Shown here one piece after another: positions 1 to 8,380 of a stretch of DNA of 20,000 bases. Numbering within the stretch: the first letter of the stretch is position 1; each line of letters starts with the position of its first letter. Under the pieces are notes generated by a model. That model was not told the DNA's origin, did no database searches, and saw only the letters and a list, made by a program, of their open reading frames with translations. The DNA is from Parachlamydiales bacterium (GTDB lineage: Bacteria; Chlamydiota; Chlamydiia; Chlamydiales; Parachlamydiaceae): assembly GCA_020051075.1 (NCBI GenBank), contig JAGVJP010000062.1:55021-75020 (forward strand), given 5' to 3'. A program made the translations under genes and the position numbers.

Positions 1-2
1 TC

Positions 3-1424
3 AAAGACTATATCGACCACATGCATGCCAGGGCGATCACCCGCGATTCTACATGGGGGATTCCTATTCCCTTGCCTTGGACAGAAGGCAAAGTGCCCTA
101 TGTCTGGTTTGATGCCCCCATCGGCTATATCTCAGCGACGAAAGAATGGGCATTGTCGATACAGCAGCCTGACCGATGGAAAGAGTATTGGTGTGACCCT
201 GAGACAAAACTTGTGCAATTCATCGGGAAAGACAACATCCCTTTCCATGCTTCGATATTCCCAGCGATGACGATGGGGCAAAACCAGCCCTATAAACTCG
301 TTGACGAACTTCCGGCAAATGAATTCTATAACTTGGAAGGGAGGCAGTTTAGCAAATCGGATGGATGGACGATCGACTTAGACCATTTCTTTGAGAATTT
401 CACGAGCGACCAGATACGTTTTGTGATCGGATCTAACGCCCCTGAAACTTCTGACAGCGAATTCACGTGGAAAGATTTTCAAAATCGATGCAATAGCGAA
501 CTGTTAGGGAAATATGGAAACCTCGTCAACCGCATTTTGACTTTCATTGTGAGTCGTTGCGAGGGGAAAAATCCTCCACCAGGAGACTTAGAGGCTGTTG
601 ACGTTGAATTCCTTCAAAATATCCAGATCCTTGCGGATCAGGCAGCGGAAAGTTACCAACACTTCAAAGTGAGGCGCGCGAGCAGCGTCGTCATGGAACT
701 TGCTCAGCTGGGCAATGTCTACTTCGACCAGAAGCGGCCATGGGCTGATGCCAAAGATCCTGCAACACTAGGGAGGATGAATGCGACGTTGAATTGCTGT
801 CTTCAGTGTTTGAAGACATTGGCGTTGGTCTCTTTTCCGATTATCCCAGCAACAGCGGAGAAAGTTTGGCGGATGCTCGGATTCAAAGGGTCCATGCAGG
901 AGCTCGGCTGGAAAACAATCTCCAGTGAAAACATCCCTGCAGGGCAGCCGATTCAACATCCAGAAATCCTTTTTAAGAAAGTAGAAGATGAACAAATTTC
1001 CATTGAAACGGAGAGGCTGCACAGTTTGCTCGTTTCAAAACAACAGTCAACGTCTAAAGAGCAAGAGAAAGGATCTGGCAAAGCGGCGATTCCTCCTCTG
1101 AAATCTTCGGTTGCGATAGGAGAGTTTCAGGCACTCGATCTCAGAGTCGCGACGATCTTAAAAGCGGAGCCTGTTCCCAAAAGCAAGAAGTTGCTCCGGT
1201 TGGAAGTCGATATCGGCTTAGAAACACGGACAATCGTTGCAGGGATCGCCGCAAGCTATTCTCCTGAGAGGTTGATTGGTAAGAAAATCGTCGTTGTCGC
1301 TAACCTCCAGCCAGCGACTATCATGGGAATTGAAAGCCAAGGGATGGTCTTAGCAGCCAAGTCGGGAGATCTCTGTGAAGTGCTCTCTCCAACTGAGGCA
1401 TCTTGTGGATCTGTCGTCAGCTAG
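3..1424 (+). CDS. metG: Methionine--tRNA ligase, 5'-truncated by the window edge, with C-terminal tRNA-binding OB-fold domain
   Basis: The frame is open from base 3. It shows ITRD..WGIP.P, YVWFDAPIGY, FIGKDNIPFH, the KMSKS-equivalent QFSKS, the anticodon-domain N.YF..K.PW, and a C-terminal LDLRVATILKAE...KKLLRLEVDIG...ESQGMVLAA tRNA-binding domain. Confidence 0.97.
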   Translation, partial: KDYIDHMHARAITRDSTWGIPIPLPWTEGKVPYVWFDAPIGYISATKEWALSIQQPDRWKEYWCDPETKLVQFIGKDNIPFHASIFPAMTMGQNQPYKLVDELPANEFYNLEGRQFSKSDGWTIDLDHFFENFTSDQIRFVIGSNAPETSDSEFTWKDFQNRCNSELLGKYGNLVNRILTFIVSRCEGKNPPPGDLEAVDVEFLQNIQILADQAAESYQHFKVRRASSVVMELAQLGNVYFDQKRPWADAKDPATLGRMNATLNCCLQCLKTLALVSFPIIPATAEKVWRMLGFKGSMQELGWKTISSENIPAGQPIQHPEILFKKVEDEQISIETERLHSLLVSKQQSTSKEQEKGSGKAAIPPLKSSVAIGEFQALDLRVATILKAEPVPKSKKLLRLEVDIGLETRTIVAGIAASYSPERLIGKKIVVVANLQPATIMGIESQGMVLAAKSGDLCEVLSPTEASCGSVVS

Positions 1425-1428
1425 GATC

Positions 1429-1567
1429 ATGGACATGGACGGGTATGGACATTATGGACAGAAATGGACTTTATGGACATATTGCTATAGATGTCAATTG
1501 CGATTTAGCAATTCGTCCATATCTGTCCATAAAGTCCATAATGTCCATACCCGTCCATAAAGTCCAT
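1429..1567. repeat. Palindromic ATGGAC/GTCCAT short-unit repeat element (family A)
   Basis: Six ATGGAC units (1429-1478) face six GTCCAT units (1515-1567), with an inner inverted pair ATTGCTA/TAGCAAT (1481-1487/1506-1512). It starts 4 bp after the metG stop. Confidence 0.9.
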
Positions 1568-1662
1568 AATCTATTACAATAAATTATTATTCATTGCTTA
1601 ATATAAAATTAACAACGATATGATACAATCCTATTAATAAATATTAATATAGGTTTGTTGTT

Positions 1663-3357
1663 GTGGATTATTCTAGATTAGAACCGTTGGTTAAAGATTA
1701 TTATTCAGTACAGGGGGAATTATTTCATTTAGACAGGGCTGAAGGAGTATTGAGAACAAATTTAGCATCAGTGGATTCCCGTTTGGCAAATTACCATGAA
1801 AGATTTACAGAGGTTTGCGATCGAATCTACACTACTGAAAAAAAGATCAAAAAAATAGGGAAACATGGAATTGCACCTCAAATTGCTCATCAATTTATGT
1901 CTTTGTTGAAGCAAGAGAGCAGCATTCCAAATGATCGACAGATGTTGGCTCAACTTAAACAAGAAAAAATACGTTTAGATCGCCGATTCGATCATGTCGG
2001 ACAGCAGTTCTCACAATTAAGAGCTGATCTTTCTCGATTAGAAGAAGATAGGGCACGGCTTCAATTTATCGGAACAGATCTGGAAAGAAGGATTGGAGAA
2101 GTGCTGAGGATACCCGTAAGGGGCCAAGGCTCAACTGCATTACAACGTTCTATCCTCCATAAAATTTTCCCTGCTACGCATTTCTATGCTAAAGATCGTC
2201 TTGAGGGTCTAGTTCCTCCAGAGGGAGAAATAGATATATTCACTTATGCTCAGCTGTTAGTGAGAAATGATCGAGTGTTGGTTTGGAGGGATAATTCTAT
2301 TGATAGTCGCAATTTTAATACAGAAGCCAGATTGAACCGCGCTGAGAGAATTGGCATTTATACAGAAGATCATGTCAGGTTAGACGGCTGCATCGTCTAC
2401 GCCAATCCGAGCGAGCGAGACATCAGCCAAAAGAAAATGATGGTCATGGTCCAAGGGAATATGGGATCATGGCAAAGCGGCTATGCACATGCTCAACTGA
2501 TGGCTCAAAAATATGATTGCAATGTTCTGATCTACAACTCACGCGGGATTGGAGAGAGCTCGGGAAAGATTCAGCGTCTACATGAAGCGGTCATTGATTG
2601 TCGAGCTGCTATTTCGTTTGCTTTGACAAATGCTTGCCAAGGAGATCCGAAGAGATTAGCTGTTTATGGACATTCGCTAGGCGGGGGGATCACAGCAAAA
2701 GCTTTGGAAGAGATGATTATCGACCACACAATTCAAGAAGGGGGAATAGGATTATACATTAATCACCACTCATTTTCCTCTTTATCAGGAGTCGTAAAAA
2801 ATGTTCGTCGTCATACATCATTCTTAGGCGGAGTCGTTCGATGTCTGATAAGCACGGTTGGCCATACGAACTTAAAGGCAAAAACTTCACTCCTTCGAAC
2901 CCGTTTGGCTGATTCTGTTGTCGTTGCGGGTGCAGAAAACGATGAGGTCATTCGCCGGGCAGCTCAATTGGGGCATCGTCTTCAAGAGAGCCGGAGACCT
3001 ATTGCCAACAATGTCCTTTATGTCACGCCTCCGTATGACCATCACGCGGAAATTGAATACCTAGTAGAACATGTACCAGGACGAGTGTTGGTTGACAGAA
3101 TGACTGCTTCTTCTAACACTGTATGGAATTGCTCTTCATCATCATCATCATCATCATCATCTAGTTCCCCAAGTGTTGCCACTAGCTCTCTGATCGGAGT
3201 GATTGACGTTTCTGACTCTGCATCGGGCAGCTCGAATGATGAGAGCTTATCAGAAGAATCATTAGAAACCACAGAATTAGGACCGCGCGAAGTTAGCCAA
3301 AAAGATATCCAGCTTGAAGAATATCATCGCGCCATCCTCCATTGGGCTCAGGCTTAA
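1663..3357 (+). CDS. Coiled-coil + alpha/beta-hydrolase (lipase/thioesterase-like) protein, candidate secreted effector
   Basis: 564-aa ORF with GTG start. The first ~150 aa are heptad-like. Hydrolase motifs include QGN, YNSRGIGES, nucleophile elbow GHSLGG, candidate Asp in NDEVI and candidate His in YDHH. The tail is Ser-rich and acidic. It resembles ABHD-like, chlamydial CPn0927-type and Legionella SidB-type hydrolases (from recall, not searched). Confidence 0.8.
   Translation: MDYSRLEPLVKDYYSVQGELFHLDRAEGVLRTNLASVDSRLANYHERFTEVCDRIYTTEKKIKKIGKHGIAPQIAHQFMSLLKQESSIPNDRQMLAQLKQEKIRLDRRFDHVGQQFSQLRADLSRLEEDRARLQFIGTDLERRIGEVLRIPVRGQGSTALQRSILHKIFPATHFYAKDRLEGLVPPEGEIDIFTYAQLLVRNDRVLVWRDNSIDSRNFNTEARLNRAERIGIYTEDHVRLDGCIVYANPSERDISQKKMMVMVQGNMGSWQSGYAHAQLMAQKYDCNVLIYNSRGIGESSGKIQRLHEAVIDCRAAISFALTNACQGDPKRLAVYGHSLGGGITAKALEEMIIDHTIQEGGIGLYINHHSFSSLSGVVKNVRRHTSFLGGVVRCLISTVGHTNLKAKTSLLRTRLADSVVVAGAENDEVIRRAAQLGHRLQESRRPIANNVLYVTPPYDHHAEIEYLVEHVPGRVLVDRMTASSNTVWNCSSSSSSSSSSSSPSVATSSLIGVIDVSDSASGSSNDESLSEESLETTELGPREVSQKDIQLEEYHRAILHWAQA
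3136..3159 (+). repeat. (TCA)8 microsatellite encoding poly-Ser
   Basis: Eight perfect in-frame TCA codons inside a 12-Ser run. Confidence 0.95.
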
Positions 3358-3366
3358 CTGTTCACG

Positions 3367-3489
3367 CAGGATGGGAAGGATAAGAGGGATGGCAGGAAAT
3401 GGCTCTGGCAGTGTTACTTTTTTGAAATGAGAGACGACGTCGCTTGGGGTCTCCAAAGTTAGTTGCTTGACGAAGTTATGAAAATAACC
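3367..3489. mobile_element. Truncated right-half copy of the family B MITE
   Basis: CAGGATGGGAAGGATAAGAGGGATG...GAGAGACGACGTCGCTTGGG...GTTAGTTGCTTGACGAAGTTATGAAAATAACC closely matches 8098-8214. No left TIR is present. Confidence 0.88.
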
Positions 3490-3500
3490 GCCATTTTTTA

Positions 3501-3529
3501 TTGAATGAAAATGTTTTGTCCTGTATGTT
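3501..3529 (+). promoter_or_regulatory. Putative sigma66/sigma70 promoter of the PP2C pair
   Basis: TTGAAT(3501-3506)-17 bp-TATGTT(3524-3529), overlapped by an 11-bp inverted repeat TTTTGTCCTGT/ACAGGACAAAA (3514-3524/3545-3555). Confidence 0.55.
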
Positions 3530-3566
3530 TATTATTACTTTTAAACAGGACAAAAGAATTTTCATT

Positions 3567-4964
3567 ATGAATAATATTAGTCAGGTGTCTCCATCCAATT
3601 TTTCAACTTTAGTGAGAGGGGGCTTTAGCAGGTTATCCAACCGGTACGTTCTCGCTGCAATCGCAGCTCTCGCATTAGTTGCAGTCGCATACATTGCTCT
3701 TCGCACCTTCGCTCCAAATGCGTTGAGCCGCTTTTCACTTAGATTTCAACAAACTCCAAACACAACGCCAATTTCAACCCCAAACACAACGCCAATTTCA
3801 ACCCCAAACCCAACTCCAATGGCAAATCCAACTCCAAAATCAGCGGATGAGGGACGATCTGAAGCGCTTTTGGCAGATTTGCTCTCCACAACTCTTTTAA
3901 AAAATGACAATGAAAAGCTGAAGCTGATTAATCAAGCTCGTGCTTTTGCGGCTACTGTTCGACAAGAATCTAATCTGGATGCAAGATTACCCTTGATTAT
4001 TGGGACTGTCCCTGAAATAACAGCGCCAGAAAATGGGGATTGGCTTTCCCTAACCGTGAGGGTTATGAGTGGATGGTCAAGTCGTGATAAAGACACCACA
4101 ATTGAGGTAGAATCAGGGAATGCGGGTCGCCATCCGGTTCAGTTTGCGAGTTCTGAGGGTCCAAGAGATGAGATGGAAGATGAGCATATTGCTGCAACTC
4201 TACAGTATCCAGCTGCCACTGATCCAATTGGATTGGTGGGAGTCTTTGACGGGCACGGAGGAGCTCAGGCTTCTAAGTTCATGAAGGATCATATCGAGGA
4301 ATATTTATCACAGGAAATTCAGGCGAATGTTGCGGCTTCTCCGTTAGATAACGAAGATGATCTCTATGCGGGTTGTATCTTAGCTCTTCATAACGCCTTT
4401 TTAAAAATCGACGAAGCATTTTCAAAAGAAATAGATCCCAAATTCAAAGATCCACTTTCAGGTGGTACTACAGCTATCGTTGGGTTGATTGTTCACGATA
4501 AAGTGATTGTGGCCAACCTCGGCGATTGCAGAGCCATCTTAATCAGACATGGTCAGCCGATTCCAATGACTGTAGACGCAGAACCACACATTCAGAGATA
4601 TCTTCAACAGGTTGAGGCTTTAGGTGGATCCGTCAGAAATGGGCGCATTTTTGGGTTAGCTACCCCTGCAGCGATCGGAGACCATAACATCTCTTATGGA
4701 AATGCTGGTCGGAAATGTATCATTAACGTCCCTGAAATCTCAATATTCGATTACGAGCCAGGTGATAAAATTGTGATGGCCTGTGACGGATTGTGGGATG
4801 CATTATCTTCCAATAAGGTTGCTGAAACCATCACAAAAAGACCCGGATCGGACGTGGTTCCAGCAGACATCAGCGATGCGGTTCTCCTGACGAGACAAGC
4901 GCTCCTGACACCTGGACAAAATGATAATGTGACCGTAGCGATCGTTGATTTGATTCAAAGATAA
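3567..4964 (+). CDS. Membrane-anchored PP2C/PPM-family Ser/Thr phosphatase (paralog 1)
   Basis: Motifs RDEMED, GVFDGHGG, GTTA, ANLGDCRA, AIGD, MACDGLWD and DNVTV, with an N-terminal TM helix and a Pro/Thr linker. Start moved from TTG 3501 to ATG 3567 because MNNISQVS aligns with paralog MNSIHQLS. Confidence 0.92.
   Translation: MNNISQVSPSNFSTLVRGGFSRLSNRYVLAAIAALALVAVAYIALRTFAPNALSRFSLRFQQTPNTTPISTPNTTPISTPNPTPMANPTPKSADEGRSEALLADLLSTTLLKNDNEKLKLINQARAFAATVRQESNLDARLPLIIGTVPEITAPENGDWLSLTVRVMSGWSSRDKDTTIEVESGNAGRHPVQFASSEGPRDEMEDEHIAATLQYPAATDPIGLVGVFDGHGGAQASKFMKDHIEEYLSQEIQANVAASPLDNEDDLYAGCILALHNAFLKIDEAFSKEIDPKFKDPLSGGTTAIVGLIVHDKVIVANLGDCRAILIRHGQPIPMTVDAEPHIQRYLQQVEALGGSVRNGRIFGLATPAAIGDHNISYGNAGRKCIINVPEISIFDYEPGDKIVMACDGLWDALSSNKVAETITKRPGSDVVPADISDAVLLTRQALLTPGQNDNVTVAIVDLIQR
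3756..3809 (+). repeat. 24-bp in-frame tandem duplication (PNTTPIST x2) in the PP2C linker
   Basis: CCAAACACAACGCCAATTTCAACC occurs twice (3756-3779, 3780-3803), followed by a partial third unit. Confidence 0.92.
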
Positions 4965-4970
4965 ATCTTC

Positions 4971-6389
4971 GTGAATAGCATTCATCAATTATCTCAGTCA
5001 GATTCATTCAATTTAATGAATAGATGGTTTAATCATTTATCAAACCAGTATATTCTTGTTGCAGTCACAGCGATCGTCATGTTAGCTTTAGCTTTCATGA
5101 CGATTCGTTCTTATGCTCCACATACGTTGAGTTGCTTTTCCTCTCGACTTCAACAAACTCCCACACCTTCGCCTTTCTCGATTCCACCCTCGCCAACCTC
5201 GACTTCAACATCGGCATTGCCATCCAGTTCAGCAGCAGGGGAAGCTGATTTTCAGCAAGATCCCCGCTCTCAAGCACTTTTGGCAGAGTTGAAGCCGAGC
5301 GCTCTACTGTCAACTCCTGGTGGAGCAGTAAATCTAATCAGGGAAGCGGAAACGTTTCTTTTGACAGTACAAAAAGAATCAGACCTCGACGCCAGACCAG
5401 ACTGGGTTCGTGGAGCGGTCCCAGCGATAGCACGGCCAGAAGATGGTGACTGGCTTTCTCTTATTTTGCCTATAGAATATCCTTGGACTACTGTGGAGAA
5501 ACTCGTTCCCATCCTAGAAGAATCAGGGCGTGATGTGGTCGGGTATGCTGTCCAGTTTGCTAGTGCAGAGGGGCCAAGGAGTGCAATGGAGGATGAGCAT
5601 ATTGCTGCCACACTCAGACATCCTGGCGTGGTTGATGCGATTGGCTTGGTGGGTGTGTTTGATGGGCATGGAGGTTCAAAAGCGTCCGAATTCGTTAAGG
5701 AAAATATTGTCGCCTATCTATCAAGGGAATTTCAAGCCAATGCAGAGTCTGCTTCAATGCAATCTAATGAACAGATCTATGCGAGTTGCATCTTGGCCCT
5801 TAATAACGCCTTTATCAAACTCGATGAGGCATTTTCAAGAGAAATCGAACCTCTTTTTAATGCTCCCTATGCAGATGGCACGACAGCAATCGTTGGATTG
5901 ATTGTTCACGATAAAGTCATTGTGGCCAATCTTGGCGATAGCAGAGCGATAGTCATCAGAAATGGCCAGCCGATTCCAATGAGTGTGGACGCCGAACCAA
6001 CGATCGCACGCTATGGCGATCAGGTGCGGGCACTGGGAGGCGTTGTCGAAGAGAATCGCGTTCTTGGGATTGCGACTCCAGCGGCCATAGGGGATCATTA
6101 TATTGTCCCTAGGGAAAATTCTATTGCTGGTCGAAAATGCCTGATTAACATCCCTGAAATCACTATTTTCGATTATCAATCGGGCGATAAAATTGTGATG
6201 GCCTGCGACGGATTGTGGGATGCATTATCTTCAAATATGGTCGCTGAAGTAATCACACAAAGACCGGGGCTGGACGTGGTTCCAGCAGAAATCAGCGATG
6301 CTGTTCTCTTGACGAGGCAGGCGCTCATGACTCCTGGTCAATATGACAATGTGACCGTTGCAATCGTTGATTTGTCAGCTTCATCCTAA
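4971..6389 (+). CDS. Membrane-anchored PP2C/PPM-family Ser/Thr phosphatase (paralog 2)
   Basis: GTG start 6 bp after the paralog 1 stop. Motifs RSAMED, GVFDGHGG, GTTA, ANLGDSRA, AIGD, MACDGLWD and DNVTV, same TM + linker layout, and long near-identical DNA blocks shared with paralog 1. Confidence 0.92.
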   Translation: MNSIHQLSQSDSFNLMNRWFNHLSNQYILVAVTAIVMLALAFMTIRSYAPHTLSCFSSRLQQTPTPSPFSIPPSPTSTSTSALPSSSAAGEADFQQDPRSQALLAELKPSALLSTPGGAVNLIREAETFLLTVQKESDLDARPDWVRGAVPAIARPEDGDWLSLILPIEYPWTTVEKLVPILEESGRDVVGYAVQFASAEGPRSAMEDEHIAATLRHPGVVDAIGLVGVFDGHGGSKASEFVKENIVAYLSREFQANAESASMQSNEQIYASCILALNNAFIKLDEAFSREIEPLFNAPYADGTTAIVGLIVHDKVIVANLGDSRAIVIRNGQPIPMSVDAEPTIARYGDQVRALGGVVEENRVLGIATPAAIGDHYIVPRENSIAGRKCLINIPEITIFDYQSGDKIVMACDGLWDALSSNMVAEVITQRPGLDVVPAEISDAVLLTRQALMTPGQYDNVTVAIVDLSASS

Positions 6390-6511
6390 CATCGCAATAA
6401 ATGGAACTCCCTTTTGATGAGTGAGACTCTTTTATCCCTTGATTTTATTGTTCTTTTTTATAAAAATAGGACATTTCATGAAGAGAAACCCCTGAAAGTA
6501 AGGAATGACCT

Positions 6512-6745
6512 ATGACTCTTGAACAAGAAGTAATTGATATTGTCGTTGAGCAGCTTGGCGTTGACAAAGACGATGTGACAGCAGAAAAATCGTTTGTCGA
6601 AGACCTCAATGCAGATTCGTTAGATTTAACGGAGCTTATCATGACTTTTGAGGAGCGCTTTGGATGCGAAATCTCTCAAGATGAGGCTGAAAAGTTGAAG
6701 ACAGTCCGAGACGTCATCAACTACCTCGAAAAACAGAAGGGATAA
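6512..6745 (+). CDS. acpP: Acyl carrier protein
   Basis: 77 aa and acidic, with the phosphopantetheine site in [12 protein letters not shown] and a typical AEKLKTV.D.I.Y end. AAGGA RBS upstream. Confidence 0.97.
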   Translation: MTLEQEVIDIVVEQLGVDKDDVTAEKSFVEDLNADSLDLTELIMTFEERFGCEISQDEAEKLKTVRDVINYLEKQKG

Positions 6746-6761
6746 CACCCAAGCCTGGGAC

Positions 6762-6879
6762 ATAGTTCATAGAAAAGCGAAAGAGGACTTTCGCACTCCA
6801 AACGCTTCGCGCTAGCAATTTTTGTGCCTCGCAAAGCATTTGGAGCGCGAAAGTCCTCTTTCGCTTTTCTATGAACTAT
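6762..6879. repeat. 118-bp near-perfect palindrome (family C; MITE/RPE-like, may also act as acpP terminator)
   Basis: Perfect 33-bp arms ATAGTTCATAGAAAAGCGAAAGAGGACTTTCGC (6762-6794) and its reverse complement (6847-6879). Pairing continues inward with CTCCAAA/TTTGGAG. Confidence 0.92.
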
Positions 6880-7042
6880 ACTGACAATAACCTGTAAGTA
6901 GATAAGCATCTGTTTTTGGCGATAGCATGCGCGCTCAGGCAGAATTTTAGCAGGGTTGTGTTACTTAAGTTTATCCTTCCTTCGATTATGGATAGTTTAA
7001 ACGGGAACGACTTGATCGCTAATCATGGAAAATTTATTTTAG

Positions 7043-7071
7043 TTTAATAAAAACCTTTTTTCTGTTAGATT
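7043..7071 (+). promoter_or_regulatory. Putative sigma66 promoter, Inc-like paralog 1
   Basis: TTTAAT-17 bp-TAGATT with an extended TG. Same position relative to the start as in paralogs 2 and 3. Confidence 0.45.
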
Positions 7072-7103
7072 GCATAATGAATTAATCTAAATTGGAGGTT
7101 CTT

Positions 7104-7769
7104 ATGTCTATCCCAGGTATTGTTGGCCAAAGTGTCTTAACCCAAGCAACGACTCGATTCGTACAGATTACGGCAGGATTGAGAGGCCGTTTAATCAGTG
7201 TCTTTCAAAACAGATCTATTGCAGCGGCAACATTGTGCGTGACGGTGCTTGTTCTGATTAGTGCGATTAATAAAGTTTGTCCAAAAATATTTGAATCAAA
7301 ACTCGTAAAAAATTTCAGTGCTAGGGTCTTTGAGAAAAGGTCAGAAAAATATGATTCTTGTAGACATGGCATCGCATGGATGTCTGCCAGTATCATAATG
7401 ATTGTTGGAACGCTTGCTCTTTCAAAGCTTCTTCAGCTTCCTTTCTCTCGTGGAACAACATTAGCAGTGGCAGGTTGGACTTTATTTAGTCATGTGATCT
7501 ACGTCGCATATTTAAAAATTGATCGAGACCATTCTGACGACAGCGACGACGAAGAAATACACTACGCTGTTAAAGCACCATCAGATTCTTACGTCGAAAC
7601 CCGTAGCTATTCTGATTCTGAATCGGATTCTGATGACGACGACGGAGTTACAGAGCCGCCTCGCCGCCGAGAGCCTCCTACCGTTCAACCAACGGTAAAC
7701 GAGGGCTTCATAACAAACCTCCTTGGAAGACTAAATACAACAGAGCACTCTTCAGGTGTAACTGGTTAG
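7104..7769 (+). CDS. Inc-like 3-TM membrane protein, paralog 1 (221 aa)
   Basis: ATG 7104 follows GGAGG, and MSIPGIVGQ aligns with paralog MAIPGIIGQ. One N-terminal TM plus a bilobed hydrophobic hairpin around LQLP.SR.TT, then an acidic Ser/Asp tail. Confidence 0.75.
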   Translation: MSIPGIVGQSVLTQATTRFVQITAGLRGRLISVFQNRSIAAATLCVTVLVLISAINKVCPKIFESKLVKNFSARVFEKRSEKYDSCRHGIAWMSASIIMIVGTLALSKLLQLPFSRGTTLAVAGWTLFSHVIYVAYLKIDRDHSDDSDDEEIHYAVKAPSDSYVETRSYSDSESDSDDDDGVTEPPRRREPPTVQPTVNEGFITNLLGRLNTTEHSSGVTG

Positions 7770-7815
7770 TCACTTAGAATTCTTGTTCTAGAGTCCGCTA
7801 CCAAGGGATTTCACT

Positions 7816-7890
7816 GAAAAGCGAAAGAAGACTTTCGCACTTCTAAACGCTTCGCGAAGCCTTAAGAAATTTTGGCTTCCCGAAGCGTTT
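7816..7890. repeat. Partial family C palindrome copy
   Basis: GAAAAGCGAAAGAAGACTTTCGCACTTCTAAACGCTTCGCG matches 6772-6811. Inner hairpin AAACGCTTCG...CGAAGCGTTT is present; the right outer arm is missing. Confidence 0.85.
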
Positions 7891-7923
7891 TTGCTTTGGA
7901 TGCTGTTCTCTGTCAGATTTTCG

Positions 7924-8214
7924 GGCTATTTTCATAACTTCGTCAAGCCACTAACCCCTGAATAACAAACTATCCTACCCCATCTTTCCTATTCTCCCTA
8001 TCCTGTAAAAATTGACAGGATGGGAAGGATAAAAAGGATGACGGTGCGTTAGATATTTGCCCTATCTTTCCTATTCTCCCTATCCTGTAAAAATTGACAG
8101 GATGGGAAGGATAAGAGGGATGAAACGGCTCTGGCAGCGTTACTTTTTTGAAATGAGAGACGACGTCGCTTGGGTTTCCAAAGTTAGTTGCCTGACGAAG
8201 TTATGAAAATAGCC
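7924..8214. mobile_element. Complete 291-bp MITE (family B) with 32-bp TIRs and 8-bp TSD
   Basis: Left TIR GGCTATTTTCATAACTTCGTCAAGCCACTAAC (7924-7955) matches the right TIR (8183-8214) at 30/32, outer 22 bp perfect. GATTTTCG is directly repeated at 7916-7923 and 8215-8222. Two internal copies of a ~51-bp hairpin unit (7982-8032, 8064-8114). No transposase. Confidence 0.93.
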
Positions 8215-8257
8215 GATTTTCGTTACCTCTAATCTTGTTTGTCCCTTAGAGCCGGCT

Positions 8258-8282
8258 TAATTTGTTGGATGATTGAGTTGAT
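8258..8282 (+). promoter_or_regulatory. 25-bp upstream block shared with paralog 3
   Basis: TAATTTGTTGGATGATTGAGTTGAT is identical at 9313-9337. Confidence 0.7.
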
Positions 8283-8319
8283 TATTAAATAAAATAAAAT
8301 GTATTTTAAAATTATTTTC

Positions 8320-8348
8320 TTGAATAGATAAATTTTTTCTGTTATGTT
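8320..8348 (+). promoter_or_regulatory. Putative sigma66 promoter, Inc-like paralog 2
   Basis: TTGAAT-17 bp-TATGTT with an extended TG. GAGG RBS before ATG 8381. Confidence 0.55.
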
Positions 8349-8380
8349 TTTCTATTAATAAATCAAAACTAGAGGTTTTT

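Noticed and set aside
1375..1560. 61-aa ORF (MDMDGYGHYG...VHKVHNVH)
   Set aside because: It is a translation of the family A repeat and overlaps the end of metG.
3501..3566. TTG start extension of PP2C-1 (and TTG 7092 for Inc-like paralog 1)
   Set aside because: These overlap the promoter or RBS. Paralog alignment supports ATG 3567 and ATG 7104.
7934..7943. loxP/dif-like site (ATAACTTCGT) in the MITE TIR
   Set aside because: Only 10 bp match one loxP arm. There is no second arm at a 6-8-bp spacing, and the TSD points to DDE transposition.
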